The translations under genes and the position numbers were made by a program. Under the pieces are notes generated by a model. That model made no database searches. It saw only the letters and a list, made by a program, of their open reading frames with translations, and was not told the origin of the DNA. This document shows, one piece after another, positions 46,804-59,676 of a DNA stretch of 64,000 nt. How positions within the stretch are numbered: the first letter of the stretch is position 1; each line of letters opens with the position of its first letter. This DNA is from Lophium mytilinum (taxonomy: Eukaryota): the NCBI GenBank assembly GCA_010093605.1, contig MU004183.1, forward strand, positions 1,488,001 to 1,552,000. Reading direction: 5' to 3'.

Positions 46804-49091
46804 TCACGATGTCGTTGAGTCCAGGAAATCAAACCCCTCGTAGTTGAATGGCTTAAAGAGCTCGTTCGAAAGATCAGCGCCTGAACTGCCTAGGAGGGTA
46901 TCAAAGTTTTCGAAAGCAGTATCGAAATTAAGCCAGTCGGGGGAGGAGTCGGTAAAATCGAAATCATTCATTGGGAACTGTTCCGCGCGCTCGCTGCTGA
47001 TGGGATGCTGACCAGGCATCTGTACGGGAGTATTGATGTTGTAATTCATCATTGGAGTTGGCGCTGAGGCATTGAGGCGTGAGTCGACTGACGAGTTCGA
47101 GTGTGTTTGACGCTGATTTGATGCCGAGCTTGCGGGAGTTGCAGAGGTGGCATTGCTGTTCTGTGCTGCCCCAGCTGGCGGCTGAATGGATCTAGGCCTG
47201 CTGCTATTTCGCTCGTCGTTACTCAAAGCTGCCATGCCTAGATCGGCCATAGCGCCTGCGGACCACCAAGCTGTTCGGAGGCGGTTTAAGATCTTGACAC
47301 ACTGTTTGAGTTCTTCCTTCGCACGATTTCGATGCATCTTAAGCCGCCGCTGTCGCCAATGTCGATACACTACGCTCATCGCTAGAGATAAAGCATATGG
47401 AACTATTGGTAAGGGTGGCAGAGATTCAGGAGGCTCGCTGGTTAGGATTGATATCACGCGAGTCGCTGATAGGCTCTGCCGAACGTTCGAGCCTGTTGCT
47501 CTAACCGGATCGTTGATCGAGAGCGATTTGTGAGAGGCCATCGCCATTGAGTGGTGGAACAGGGATAACAGAGCTAGCGAAGTCAGCCATGTCACCCGTA
47601 TTTAAAAACAAACACGTACTTATCATTGGACCTTCGAGTCTATCCTCTCCATCACCGACTAGTTCTTCGAAGCCCAAAAAGTCGTCGTCTTCCCATCCGG
47701 TCACCGCAGGATCTACACCAGGACGATAAAAGTCAATGACTTTGTCCAGCATCTTGGATATCTGGAGCCAAACTCCAAAAGGACTTTGTCGCTTTTCTTT
47801 GTTCATCTCCGTTGGAATCTTAGTGAGGCCGTTATCGGCATCGTTCATGATTAGAGGTCTTCCATTGATGCAAGCGTTGATTTTGTCAAGACTCCACAGA
47901 CACCAAAATATGTCATTATGGCTGTCGGAGGGCTCATCCCTTGTATGCTTCCATTGTCGGCCATATTGGAGACCAAAGGTGTGGGCATGATGGATAGCCT
48001 GGGCCAAATGCATGGAGGATTCTTCAGCTCCGTCAGGTCCTTCGCAGTGCAGTGAAATCAGGGCTAACACCTGGACAAGCACGATGCGATTGGTCTCTAA
48101 CTTTGCCTCTATTGAAGTGATGACGGACGTATAGAGTCTCTGAGAGAACTGTCGAGGGTTAAGAAGCCGTGGCTCATCGGAAAGAATTAGATGTGGTCGG
48201 GCTTCGACGTGCTTGGACGCTACAATAAAGATGGCTTGGAGCAACGTTCGTGACTCGGTGTCACTGGCGTATCTTGCTAGAAAGAGCTTTTCATCCAATA
48301 TCGGCAAGAGAGGCTGCACGTAGGTAAAATAGATGCGGAGTAAAGCTTGCTGGTCTTCTCGACTTGGTAGGACTGATACTCCGATAGCATCTAGATAGTT
48401 CTGCAAGGCTGCTTGAATTGCTGTTGATTTGGATGACGGGGGACTGGTGTCAGCAAGCGGCGTGTCAGGTGGTCCAGGCCGGCTTCCGAATGCTGGTTCT
48501 TGTTCGGTTTCTCGAACTTGGACCCACTGTCCCTGTGGGACGCAATGTGGAGCGGGAGGTTGCCCGCGGGCGTGGATCTCTTCCCGAAGAACGGCCTCTG
48601 GGTTGAGATAGCCTACAAAACTTGGCGGCGTTGCAGGTCTGGCGTTATCTAATGAGATCTGGGGGCTACGTTGTTGCTCGTTCCCTGAATCTGGGGTAAG
48701 TTCGTTGAAATGCGATGGAATCTCTCCAGAGTGGCCTGAGTGGTCCGTCCGGGAGGTTCCGGGGTCAGAAGTTGGAGGCCGACCATCAGGAGGACTATCG
48801 GTAGAAGTATCAAGAAGTACATCATCATCGAAAGTATGGCTGCAGCGCTTCTGGTGCGTTTGTTAGAGAGTTGCCACATCAAACTCGGATTATCTTACTC
48901 TGCGCTTCTTGCAAGCTTCACATGCCCGATGAACTGCATGAAGTTAATGAATGAACATGGCTGGTATCGTATGAAACGGTCTTACCTCTCTTCCGCTTCC
49001 GGAAGAACTCGTTACTGTGATGATAATGAGCCTTTTGTCACGACATGAGAGATTTTACTGACTTGGCGGCAAACGTGATCATGGTCGACAT
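46804..49091 (-). CDS. Fungal-specific transcription factor with a truncated Zn-cluster and Fungal_trans (MHR) domain (4 introns)
   Basis: Spliced N-terminus MSTMITFAANNEFFRKRKRVHRACEACKKRRKRCSH, then FVGYLNPEA, YF..VQPLLPILD, VQVLALISL and IFWCLWSLDKINACINGRP. Confidence 0.85.
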
Positions 49092-49728
49092 GTTGGCAGA
49101 GCTCAAAGCACTTAAAGCGTACGGCGCTATCGCAATATCAAAGGCTCGAGGGGCGGCGAAGAAATCCCCAACTGCATCAAAGGGCCAATATCGCGCGGCG
49201 GTATGGGGTGCTGGTGGTTCGAGGATCGCGATGCGATGTGGAGAGGATGGCGACGGTCGGTCATCCGCGACCCACTTTTTCTCCACGTCTTCCTTCGAGC
49301 TTCTAGGCGGTTTGCGGCTCCAGCGCCGAGGTGTCGGACCTTAGCGCCCCGTCCGCTCCAAAACACCATCCCCTTTTCTAATCACGTCCCTACTTGTGCA
49401 TTTAAGGTTTGCGTCGGTGAAGAATCGTGATTATGGGGCTAGATTTGGCCACGGTCTGACAGCATCGATACTAGTGCAGAGTCCTCCCAACACTTGTCAA
49501 CAATCCGCTTCGATTTCGGGGTTTGTGACTCTAGTCTGTACAACTTGAGTCTTTCCAGCTCTGGCCATTCCCTTGCTAGATATCTGCTAGGCCGGCTAAT
49601 CGCTCTGCAAACGCAGATGCTGTTCGGAGGAGCCCCAAACAGTTGCAAAGAAACCGTTCTCCGAGGCCCTGGGGTTGAGGGTAGCTAGAGTTTCAACCCT
49701 CGAATCGTCAAAAATAACCACTTCCACG

Positions 49729-50500
49729 CTATGCAGCCTCCTCTTCAATACTAGCAACCTCTTCTTGCTCTCGAAGCCTCTCCCGGACCGTCATCAGGGC
49801 CTTTCCGAGCAGGTTTTGGCCCCATTTGTGACGATTCCGCTCAGCTCCCTTCTCTGCAAAGCCGATGCCCCAAATCTTATCGAACGGAGAGGCCTACCAA
49901 TTCGTCAGCATCTTCCAACATTTCCGCCACATGCAACAACTCACCTCAACGAGCTCCCGATCCCCAGTCGCCAGCAGCAACTTCTGCAGCTCCTCTGCCT
50001 GCTTACTCTTAGTGAACTTATGCCAGTTGCCTTCCTCTACAATCCGCAACTTGTCTACGAGCTGTCAGCAAAGCCCACCCCAAGCGGCCATGAAGCTCAC
50101 TATCATCCCACACTTTTGCGTCAAAATCTGCCACCTGTCGCCCTAGAACCTTATGTGTCTTCGGGTCTGACTCTAGCAGCATCCGCTGCGCCACGTCCTC
50201 GTCCCCAAACAATCGCGCTTTTTCAACCATCATCCACATTTCCGCCGAGATGTATGATGTCCCCTCGTGCTCCCACTCGCTCTCATACCATTGCGATAGG
50301 AAGCCGTAAGCGTGGCCATATTCGCGCCAGAAAAAGATCGCGCCTGTGGTTTCTGCATCTGCTGTTGCGGAAGAAATGTTGGGATTCGTAGCGGCCGCTT
50401 TTCCTTTGCCTTTTGACTTTCTCATTTTGGTAGGGCTGAGACTGGTGGTATCTGAGTTGGTGCTAGTGGTTTTGGTGCTGCTGCGAGTCGAAGGTGCCAT
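49729..50500 (-). CDS. NADAR family (YbiA/DUF1768-like) N-glycosidase (2 introns)
   Basis: FLSQWY, Y.SAE.WMM.EKARLFGD, K.LGRQV..FD...W, GN..KF, LLATGDRELVE|ASPFDKIWGIG, WGQNLLGKALM.VR. Confidence 0.92.
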
Positions 50501-51452
50501 TGTGCGAGAGTTTCAAGTAAAGCCAGGAGAGGAAGAAAGAGTACAAATGTTAATAAGTATTCAGGCAGCCTTTAATCCTCTTGACTCAACCTTCAAACTT
50601 GGCACGGTGATGGTTGTGGCTGTGGCTGTGCAGCTCTGACTCCGCACTTCAGCCGCTCCCGAGGGTTGGTCCGAGGTCAAGAACGCCTAAAGTAGCCACA
50701 TTTCTAGCTTACAGGACCTGGGTTGCTTGATTTGGGTCCGGTTGGTGTTTAGTTTGACCGCTTGTTGGCGCCGTCTGACATCCCTCGATGAGTCTACAGG
50801 GTGAGAAATTACCTCGAAACTGCGGCTCAATCTAGCCTCTCACAGCTAATGTATATTCTAGAGGCTCAATATTAGGGCTGTGGAAAACACTTCACTCACA
50901 GGTGGCGGGGCACGCGGGGGTACTTCGACTTGCTATTGTGTGCCCCAAACAAGTCGGTCCGATGTCCTGATCCAGGCTATAGGAGTCGGAGCATCGAAGA
51001 AGGACTTTTGTGCAACCCTTAGAGGTGCTTCGTAGTGCTATTGGAGATAGAGGATCAGTTCCCCGCCACACCAGAGAACCGAATGTGGCGTAGTCATCGA
51101 CTTCGTCCTGAGGATGATGAACCGGAATGCTTTGAATGTTCCAGCGCTCCAAGTGTACAGTGAGCAGGAATCTGACAGGTAGTGCTATCGCTTTGACAAG
51201 GAGGATCTCACATTACAGTGACAGTTCGAAAGCTGCACCTGAGAAGTCGAGGTGACTCTACTCGTGACGATTGCTAGTTTCCCTACCGCCATTTCTAGAT
51301 TAGGCTTAGTGTGTTTCTTTGCTTGTACCTCTTACTGGACTCTAAGACTTTACGTCAACCCAAAACAGCACGCCTATCAAGGCCTGCGCACAGTGAGTAA
51401 TTCCAAGCCCGCTTCGAGTATCGCCTACTAGACGCTAATTGTTCCAAGGAAG

Positions 51453-52362
51453 ATGGCTTTGTACGCTCGGTGCTATGGCGCAGGCATCCCCTTCCTAGAG
51501 CTAGTTATTGACTGGTACATCACGGTACGGGCCAAATAGACCTTCACTTGATGAGGACACTCAGCTAATTTCTTTAGGACAAATGGGACTTCAATTCCAG
51601 CGAGTCGAAGGAAGAGCAAGGATTTCGCCTCGCTAAGGCCTTCATGAAGGCTGGAGACGCCGGACGAGCGATCTACTATAAGCGCTGCATCGACTGGTTC
51701 AGCAGCGGCAATCTGCCACCGGAAGTCACTGAGGAGCGCGTGGCCGAAGTTCCACACGATCTCCTCACAGAACAAGAGCGGGGTGTCAGTACCAGCTGGA
51801 ACAGCTGCAGCGCCATCATCCGTACAGCCTACAACGAGAATCCCGAGTCAAAGATCGAGGATATCGAAGCTGGCATCCACATATATCGCCTTCAAAATCA
51901 GGAAAGCGTCTTCGACGATATCAACAAGCATAACAAAGACTGGCGAGATATCGTCCCATAAATCACCTCCCTCTACGTCCCGTTCGAGTCCTGGAGTTTC
52001 GCTGAACAAGGATCTGGGCGGGGATGGGTCACGGTGATTGACGAAGAAGCGATTCGGACTGGCTGCCCGGCGTTTCATTTCTTGAACCAGTTCGGTGACC
52101 ACATCCCGGCTGCCGAGCGCCGCCTGCCAGCAGAACACGACTTGATGAGCAGTGTGCTCGGAAGTGCACAAACATGGATGGATATTCGGGATCAGGGGTG
52201 GGTGGCGCTCGTTCAGGTCCTAGACAGCATGGTGGATCCGATGGGCTTGGGCCATCGCAAGAACTTCGGAATGAGTTGGATCGAGTGGCGGCAGAGAAGT
52301 GGGACGAGGTCGAAGCAGCTGACCAGCTAGCAAATTGCACTGAACGTTCTCATGATGACTAA
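51453..52362 (+). pseudogene. Disrupted hypothetical gene (internal TAA, probable late frameshift)
   Basis: ATG 51453, an intron GTACGG...GCTAAT...TAG joining in frame to 51644..51961, and the same frame resuming after a single TAA (51959-51961) through 52330. A helix-like tail lies in another frame to 52362. Confidence 0.5.
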
Positions 52363-53214
52363 AGATAGCCTGTTCCTGCTCTTATATTGCATACCCGTGC
52401 GCGACCTGGAAAAAAAGGTAAGTTATATTCAACCTTCAAGATTTAAGCCCATAACACTCAGTGTCAGGCTCTTTAGTTTTAGCGATGAGGAAGTGACGGC
52501 TAGAGGTCTTAGTGTTGTCGAAGATTTCATCTAACGGTACAATGTTTTCTGGGCTATTTGGCGGTAGGTAGAGATGTCGTAGACGACCTGTGCTAAAACG
52601 AGACCTCAAATGTCTCACTCCTACCCAGTAATCAAAGTAGCGCATATCCATGTCATTGCCTCTACCCTTGCTATTCAGTTGGTAATGTGTTATTATTGCG
52701 CCAGGGCAAACTCATCTAAGGGCCTCCTGACGCCTGCAGCACGTAGTGGAGAAGAGAAGCTTTTTACTCTGCGATCTACTGGCGCATTACTTGCTTTCAC
52801 TGTGCTACCACCACCTGAGGTGGCCCGACATGGTATCAGACCTGTCAAAACAGCACCTCGTCGGTCATAATTCAGCCCTCTAGACAGCGATCCAAGACTT
52901 ATGAAATCTATTCTCCGACTCTCGGATAGTACTTTATGTATTCACGGCCTATGTTCATGAGGGCTTTTGAGAACCCACTTTCTCCGAAGATTCCTGAATG
53001 CTAATATTGCCCGTCATTCTCCTCGTGAATGCTCTGCGAAAGCCAGAAATCCCAGATATCTTAGAAATCACGCTACTCAGCGTGTCTGATCGACGGATTC
53101 CGGGCTGAGGAACAGCGCTTGCGGGCGCGAGGCCTGAATCAGCACTTCTGGAGTCGAAGTCGGTATCGCGGTTTGCTTCTTAACGATCAGAAAAGGTCTG
53201 TTGTACGTCATTGA

Positions 53215-53559
53215 TCAGAGAGGAAGCCAACCTCGCAAGTAAGCCTCAGACGTTATCCAGCTCATCGTTTCGAGACAGAACATTCGTTGCCGCTCCGGGT
53301 TCAATGGGGCGCCGGCGAGAGGCTCAGATACCCAGTATTGTGCCGTAGAATTGTATTCGGGGGCGCCATACCCCTCTGGCGGAGGCACGCTGGGCTTTTG
53401 GTCGCCTTTCTGGATATCGTCCAAGTCTTGCATTGCCTTCTTCTGCTCTGGGGTCATTCGATTTCTTCTTCGTCTTGCGTTGAGGTCTTCCTCTGCTCTT
53501 AGGGCTCTCTCCCTTTCTCGTTCTGCTTCGGCACCCGTCTTCCGTTGGTAGAGAGGCAT
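53215..53559 (-). CDS. Small charged hypothetical protein
   Basis: ATG at 53559 preceded by CCAAC; MPLYQRK...ERERERALRAEEDLNARRRR charged helix. No family recognised. Confidence 0.45.
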   Translation of the reverse strand: MPLYQRKTGAEAERERERALRAEEDLNARRRRNRMTPEQKKAMQDLDDIQKGDQKPSVPPPEGYGAPEYNSTAQYWVSEPLAGAPLNPERQRMFCLETMSWITSEAYLRGWLPL

Positions 53560-54270
53560 GTTGGAGTATTTGATAAGAAGTTCGTGTTGTGATGTAGAGT
53601 TCTTCACTTAGCTGGGAGAGTGGCGCCCGTTTTAACTGCGGGTATCTGCAGCAGGCTGACGTGTAATTTGGTATTTTGTGCCACGTGTTGCAGCAGTCAG
53701 CAGAGGCGCAGGCGGTGCTGTCTTGCTGGATGACGATGCTTCCAAGCGGCCTGACTCTCGTGGTGAAGGCAGGAGGTGAGTGAACTAACTCCAAATAACA
53801 ACGATTTCGGAATCAAACGGATTATGACACGAAATCGACATTTGCCATTGCCGCCGTCATGTTGCTAGTCGATTCTAGAATCAAGGCTGTGTCACGTTCA
53901 GTAAAGACGTGGATACGGTCTTGCCACTTACGCCCCCCAACACCAACCCCTGAACATCAGCATCTGAACACCAGCCCCTGATGCACAGTGTTCATTTGAA
54001 CTTCCGACGTACTTCGTTACTATATGAAGGACAAGAAGACACAAGCCGAATGACAGCTTAATGCCATGTCCTCGTTCGGCGCCAGTGCTCCGATGAGGGG
54101 ACACCTGAACACAAGGATACTTAGTACTCCCCTTGAGTGACCATGTGCTCGCGAAGAGCAATTTGTGAATCGTCGTGGACCCCGAGGGGCTTTATATATC
54201 CAACACTTACACTAAATATGGAGAGCGGTCGCCCCTAGAGGTGATGCTGAGAACTGAAATATCTTTCAGT

Positions 54271-55380
54271 ATGGACAGCCCACCCAAATCTCCCGCAATT
54301 GGCCATCCCCCTCCGGCCATCCAAATCACAGCCCCAGAACGTTCCCAGGACACCAAGCAGCAACAACCATCTTCAAGGGCACTACCACAGTATCGCCGTC
54401 GGGCGTTCCACACGCGGATGTTCCAGGAGCCGGAGTATGCGCTCAAGCAGCAGAATCCTGCGAGATATCTTGGATACCGTGTATTCTCCAGATGGGTTGC
54501 CTCGGATCAGACCTACTTCATTGTCCGGAAATTTCCAACGCTGAACGTTCGAGTTGCTCTTGTTTTACAGGACAGAATTGTGCAATTGGAAGACGAGTTA
54601 AATAAGTTAGATCAGGATTGGAGTAATGAATATTTCCAATATGAAGACCCCAAAAGGCCAGACGCAGACCCGAATCTGATACATAACGGGACATTTCGAG
54701 AAGATGAGAGCACCCACAGGGTTGAGCTGATCGATAAGATCGCTGACGCATTGGAGCGTTATAGTGAGTAAAGCGAGCACTCTTCCTATTCAAGTGATAC
54801 TAGTCCGCGATAGCTGACAGATGGCATAGACCGCTTCGTGAACTCGTACGCCCAACTAGCACGGCAACCCCCCGCCCGAAAAGACGACATAGACAACGTG
54901 GCGGCCTGGTTTGAAAACCACATCGGGGCAATCGCCATACCAGAGCGAGACTACATCACCCACTTAGAAGAGCTCATCGCCGTACAGCCAAAAGACCGCT
55001 CATGGTTCCGCGGTATCCTGGAAATGACTCGCTTTCTCAAGATGCCATGGATGCGGCACTTCTTTACCCGCATTCCGCTCGACAACAAAATCATCTACGA
55101 TGGTCGCGGATATTGGCAGAACGACCGCAATGTGGAGAAGTTTTCGTCTTGGGTAATCGCAGTGGTCGGACTAGGCATGCTAGTGGGTCCGATATGGATA
55201 CTCGCATTTGTTGCGGACTCTGCGAAGCGGCTAGGTGTGATTACGGGATTCATCGCGCTGTTCTTCATTCTTGTAGCGGTGGCAACAACGGCAAAAGTCT
55301 CGGAAGCGCTGGCATCAGCGGCGGCTTATTCGGCTGTGTTGATGGTGTTCATGCAGATAGGGGCGATCAAGGCTCATTAG
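54271..55380 (+). CDS. DUF6594 domain membrane protein (intron 54764-54829)
   Basis: GYRVFSRWVASD..YFIVRKF.TLNVRV.L.LQD.I..LE.EL..LD, three C-terminal TM helices, and terminal AAAYSAVLMVF. Confidence 0.85.
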
Positions 55381-55935
55381 CGGAACAAGTGAAAGGTTAA
55401 TGAATGTATGAGTTCGGACGTACTAACACTGGAACCTTAAAGATGCAACCGTCAGGAGAGTCTGAAGTATCTTTTCGAGTGCGCAATTGTACAGTACTAG
55501 GTCATAGCTTTCGGCACGTGGACATCTTACAGCTATGGCTCCATTCTTGCCTGACTGACGCCACTGTGAGGGGCGCCTTAGGTAGTAGGTGAAACCTTCG
55601 GCAAAGGGTAGTCTGATTTCCACTGCGTTGGTTCATACGTCGTATTTAGAGATTTAGCAGCCTATCGGGCTACCCCAAGCAGTCGCAAGAGTTGCCCAAT
55701 CTATGTCTTGGGACTGTTCACCAGCTCATTCAAGTCCTTTCATTCTGGCTAGGAAGGCTGAATCCAGATTGGGCCCCTTGGCAAAGCAATGAACACCATA
55801 ATACAACAGTCAAGGGTGCCTTACCTACATGCTTAGGTGCGCCATCGGAACTCCCTTTCGATCTACTTTGAAGTGTACACCTAATAATTGGTATAAAGTG
55901 AGTATCCCAACTCATTCTTTAACGAGACGCCACGT

Positions 55936-57126
55936 CTATAGGAAACTGCTCCGAGGTCTCTTCCTCGCTGCTTGTCTCGAGCCATCTCCAGTCGACTCCT
56001 GATCACCTCCCCACATCTCTCCAACGTTTCGCTTGGACGGCTTGCACTGTGCTTCGTCCTGATCCTCGTCCTGATCCTCGTCCTGATCCTCTGATGACGC
56101 CGGTCTGGCCCCTACCTGTGTCATTGGTACGGCGCTATCTTCAGGAAGAACCTCTTTCGTGACTTTCTTCAAATCCTTCATCACCTCCGCCATGAGCAAC
56201 TGCCGAGCCTCCTTGAAAGGTCGGATGGATTCCTCGAAGGCGGAATCAGATAGGGCAATGAGGTTCTTATTGAACTTAAGGAAAAGACCGATCCAATTTT
56301 GAGAGGAAATATCCTGCCAGCAGATCCTGGTGTCGCGTATCTGAATAAGCGCTTCTGCCTGGCTCATCGGGAGCTCTCCCACAACCTCAACTATCAGATC
56401 ACCGACGCGCAGACCGTTTGGGACTGTCCTCAACACTTGCATGTCAATGGGGTATTGACGATGGCGTAACTGGCTATGGAGAATACCTCGAGCCCAATCC
56501 TCAACGACGTTGAAAACGAATATCCAAAACTTCTGGCGATAATGGGAACCGAGAGTGGTGTGGTGGTCATGAAGAGGGTGTCCTAATCTTCTGTTGGAGA
56601 TTATTCCACTTTTCTCTGCCAATTCATCCCATTTGTTTAGGTACTCGACTGCAGCAGGTGGAGGCGTCAGATCGAGTCTGATATGATTGACGAACGGAGG
56701 GATTTGATGAATAGGATATTCCCAGAGGGGATCAATGAGAGTCGAAATTACCCCAGACATGCTGTAGCGCGGGAATTTGTACGATTTCGGTCCTCGGCCT
56801 TTGAAGAGTTGCAAAGTGATTTCCTTGATGCCGGGCCAGTCGCGGGCTGACATGTTGGCAACTGTTCTGAAATGTTCATTCAGAATGGCAAGCTTTCGAA
56901 GGCTCTCCGGAGAAGTTATAGGCTCGAAAATGGACGTATTTCGAGGGTCTGGAATCCAGCTCTTAAGTATGGCGTCGATGTCTCTATCAAAGAGGGTACA
57001 GACGCCTTGTAGTGGACTTGCTACCTCGAATCCCTCTTCAGTCGGCGCTAAGATGACCGTAAATGTCAGTTTAACGATCTCTTGCCGGAGTTCGGCTGGA
57101 AGGCTAAGTAGACGGGATTGTGACAT
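55936..57126 (-). CDS. F-box-like hypothetical protein
   Basis: 396 aa ORF beginning MSQSRLLSLPAELRQEIV, with a (DQDE)3 acidic repeat and a basic RKRPR tail. Confidence 0.7.
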   Translation of the reverse strand: MSQSRLLSLPAELRQEIVKLTFTVILAPTEEGFEVASPLQGVCTLFDRDIDAILKSWIPDPRNTSIFEPITSPESLRKLAILNEHFRTVANMSARDWPGIKEITLQLFKGRGPKSYKFPRYSMSGVISTLIDPLWEYPIHQIPPFVNHIRLDLTPPPAAVEYLNKWDELAEKSGIISNRRLGHPLHDHHTTLGSHYRQKFWIFVFNVVEDWARGILHSQLRHRQYPIDMQVLRTVPNGLRVGDLIVEVVGELPMSQAEALIQIRDTRICWQDISSQNWIGLFLKFNKNLIALSDSAFEESIRPFKEARQLLMAEVMKDLKKVTKEVLPEDSAVPMTQVGARPASSEDQDEDQDEDQDEAQCKPSKRNVGEMWGGDQESTGDGSRQAARKRPRSSFL

Positions 57127-58020
57127 CGCGACGAGGGACCTTTGAACAGAAGGAGGAACCAGATAGCGTGTTAAGGGATTATGATATTGTTGGTGGTGGT
57201 GGTAGTGGTGGGCTGAAATCTAAATTCGAGAACTGGAATGGGTTGATGGCAAAGGGTGATTTGTATCGAATATTACGACAAAATCAAGTTGCGGGTAGGA
57301 GACTTGGAGTGGGTGGTTGTGTGGGAGAGACTTTGCGGCAAATTAAATCAATGGAGTGCTTTCGTATTGATATATGAGACCATCAATACATTCACGTCGT
57401 TGTAGGAGGCAAGTCTCAACCACTTTTTACCATCCTCGTATACCAATTCACTCGCTGGCAAAGGACACCGGCCGTGCAAAGCCAAAGCAGTGAAAATCGG
57501 GCTAGCTTTTGACGAAGCCCTTACCTGCTACCTAGGGCACCCCCTACAGTGGTGTTGAGTGAGCAAAAGTGAAGCCGGAGCAGTGTGATATCCATATGCC
57601 CAAATTTAAGATCAAAGATTATAGAAGCTAGCCATGTCAGCTAGTCATGTCAGTGAGTCGAAGAGTAGATATCTGCTCTTTCTTACTATGTGCTGCAGGG
57701 GTCAGGAGCCCCTCAGATAGTTTTTCCATGTCGCAATAAGAACACCTTACTAATCGAATAACAAGGCTGCGGCCAAAGACCTAGATTGTCGCCACTATGA
57801 TTAATGGCTAGGGCACTTCGGCTTTGTTGCATCATAGCGGCCTAATACTAACTATACATTTCTAGAGTCTCCGCTTATAGAAGTCGTATGTCAGCATATA
57901 TAAGCCTGCTGATACTGCTACCCAATAGATATCAACGCCATGATCGAGAGGACTGCTCAGGCATATCCATCCAGCATGGTTCGCCAAAACGCCGTGCATG
58001 CAAAGTCATTTCTCATCCCC

Positions 58021-59595
58021 CTATGGAGTGGCTCTTCCCCTAGTTCTACCACCCGCTGCTTTGCCTTTTCCATCGTCAGTCCAATCCAACACCTTCCGGT
58101 GCCGCATATTCTGTGCCATCCGCCAACGGACATACAGCAGCACGGCATCTTTAACACCCACGAAAAGACAGCCGCCCACGATGCTTCTTCCCCACTTGGT
58201 TTGTAATAACCCCATAGCTTTGTTGCCGTTAGGTGTAGTCCAGGAATGCGGGAGCGCAAACCGTAGCACTTCGCCCACTCGCGCGGCGATGGACGGGAAA
58301 AGCAACGCGCCAATAACGGTGTCCGCAAAGGCAATTGGGCTAATGCCGGTGCGTCTAAGGCGGCGTCGAGGTACTGCCGGAATCTCAGGGGCTGGCGCCG
58401 CCTCGCCATCTTGTGGTGGTGCATTCAACGGTGGCGCAGGACCACGAGCGATAGGGACAGGAGGGTTCTCATCCGCACGGTTGTTGTCTGCTGCACCGCC
58501 GGCGTTCCAGTCTGCGAAGACGTCGAAGTCAATATCGACGTCCAGAACCACCCCTTGATCTCCCCAACCCTCCCCAACAACGACTTCCCCAATGTCAGCG
58601 TTGTCTGGATCCAGGGGTTCAGGTGGGGTGTCGCCAGTGTGGGGAGAGATTTCCTTGAGCCAGCGCTGTTCATGGGGAGCCCAGACTCGCTCGAAGTATG
58701 CGTTGTAAGCCCCACGGATATATGGGAGTAGGGAGATGGTAAGGGCAGCGGAGGGAGGCCAGTTGCCATTGTTCAACCCTTCAATAGGGGAAGATGTATT
58801 AGCAAAGAAGATTATAGGGATAACAGGGAGGATGCTATCGGCCCAGGACGTCCGAGATGCGATTAGCACTGTGGGAATGACAGGGAGGCCAACGGCTAGT
58901 CGCCAGTGGTCGCGCAGATGATTGAGGATGCGTAGAGGGATAGACTCCTCGTGGAGGTCTGGGATATCGTAGAGTGTATGAAGTATACGGAAGCCATCCT
59001 CGACCCCAAAAATCTCGTTGATAGCATGTACGCCGTACATGCGAGCTGTTTGGTAGCCGGCCGAGCCCAATATGAAGACCACGCTAGGTACGAGCATCAT
59101 ATGGCCCATGTGCTCGAAGGCCTTGTACGCGTCAACTATGCGACTCCGCGGTCGGGCGATCTGGATCTCCGTCTTGCACTGCGGACATAATATCTTGCTC
59201 CCTCGCTTCTCGTTCTCTACGTCGTTTATCCATGCTAGGAGGCACTTCTCATGCGCTACGAGAACGCATGGACACGGACTCCGCCATTCCGACGACATAG
59301 CATCGTCCTCGGTTTCGTCGTTGAAACATATCCAGCATTTACGAGGTTCGTTATCGGATTCGGGTTGTGAGGTCGCCACTGGTGGAGCTGGCTTCTGTTG
59401 GAGCTCGGAGGCGCCTATTTCGCGCTGGCTTTGGCGGCGATTTAAGAGGAGGGTTTGGGAATCCTCTGAGGTGGTCGAGAACGCCTCGCTGTCGGTGCGA
59501 GGCAGCTGCTGGTGACTGTCGGCTAAAGAGGATGCCTCATCAGCGCGGGGAGAGGAGCGCCTTTGGGAGGCTGGGCGCGGTGGTAGAGAGGCCAT
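58021..59595 (-). CDS. RING-CH (RINGv) membrane E3 ubiquitin ligase, MARCH5-like
   Basis: CWICF...WRSPCPC.LVAHEKCLLAWI...CPQC followed by TM segments, and R..VGGCLFV..KD...LY near the C-terminus. Confidence 0.88.
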   Translation of the reverse strand: MASLPPRPASQRRSSPRADEASSLADSHQQLPRTDSEAFSTTSEDSQTLLLNRRQSQREIGASELQQKPAPPVATSQPESDNEPRKCWICFNDETEDDAMSSEWRSPCPCVLVAHEKCLLAWINDVENEKRGSKILCPQCKTEIQIARPRSRIVDAYKAFEHMGHMMLVPSVVFILGSAGYQTARMYGVHAINEIFGVEDGFRILHTLYDIPDLHEESIPLRILNHLRDHWRLAVGLPVIPTVLIASRTSWADSILPVIPIIFFANTSSPIEGLNNGNWPPSAALTISLLPYIRGAYNAYFERVWAPHEQRWLKEISPHTGDTPPEPLDPDNADIGEVVVGEGWGDQGVVLDVDIDFDVFADWNAGGAADNNRADENPPVPIARGPAPPLNAPPQDGEAAPAPEIPAVPRRRLRRTGISPIAFADTVIGALLFPSIAARVGEVLRFALPHSWTTPNGNKAMGLLQTKWGRSIVGGCLFVGVKDAVLLYVRWRMAQNMRHRKVLDWTDDGKGKAAGGRTRGRATP

Positions 59596-59676
59596 GGGCC
59601 CTGCGAAGAGGTGGCAAACTACGGAGGTTCTATAAATGTGCTCGCGTGGTGATGAGGGTTATGGATGTGAGATGTA

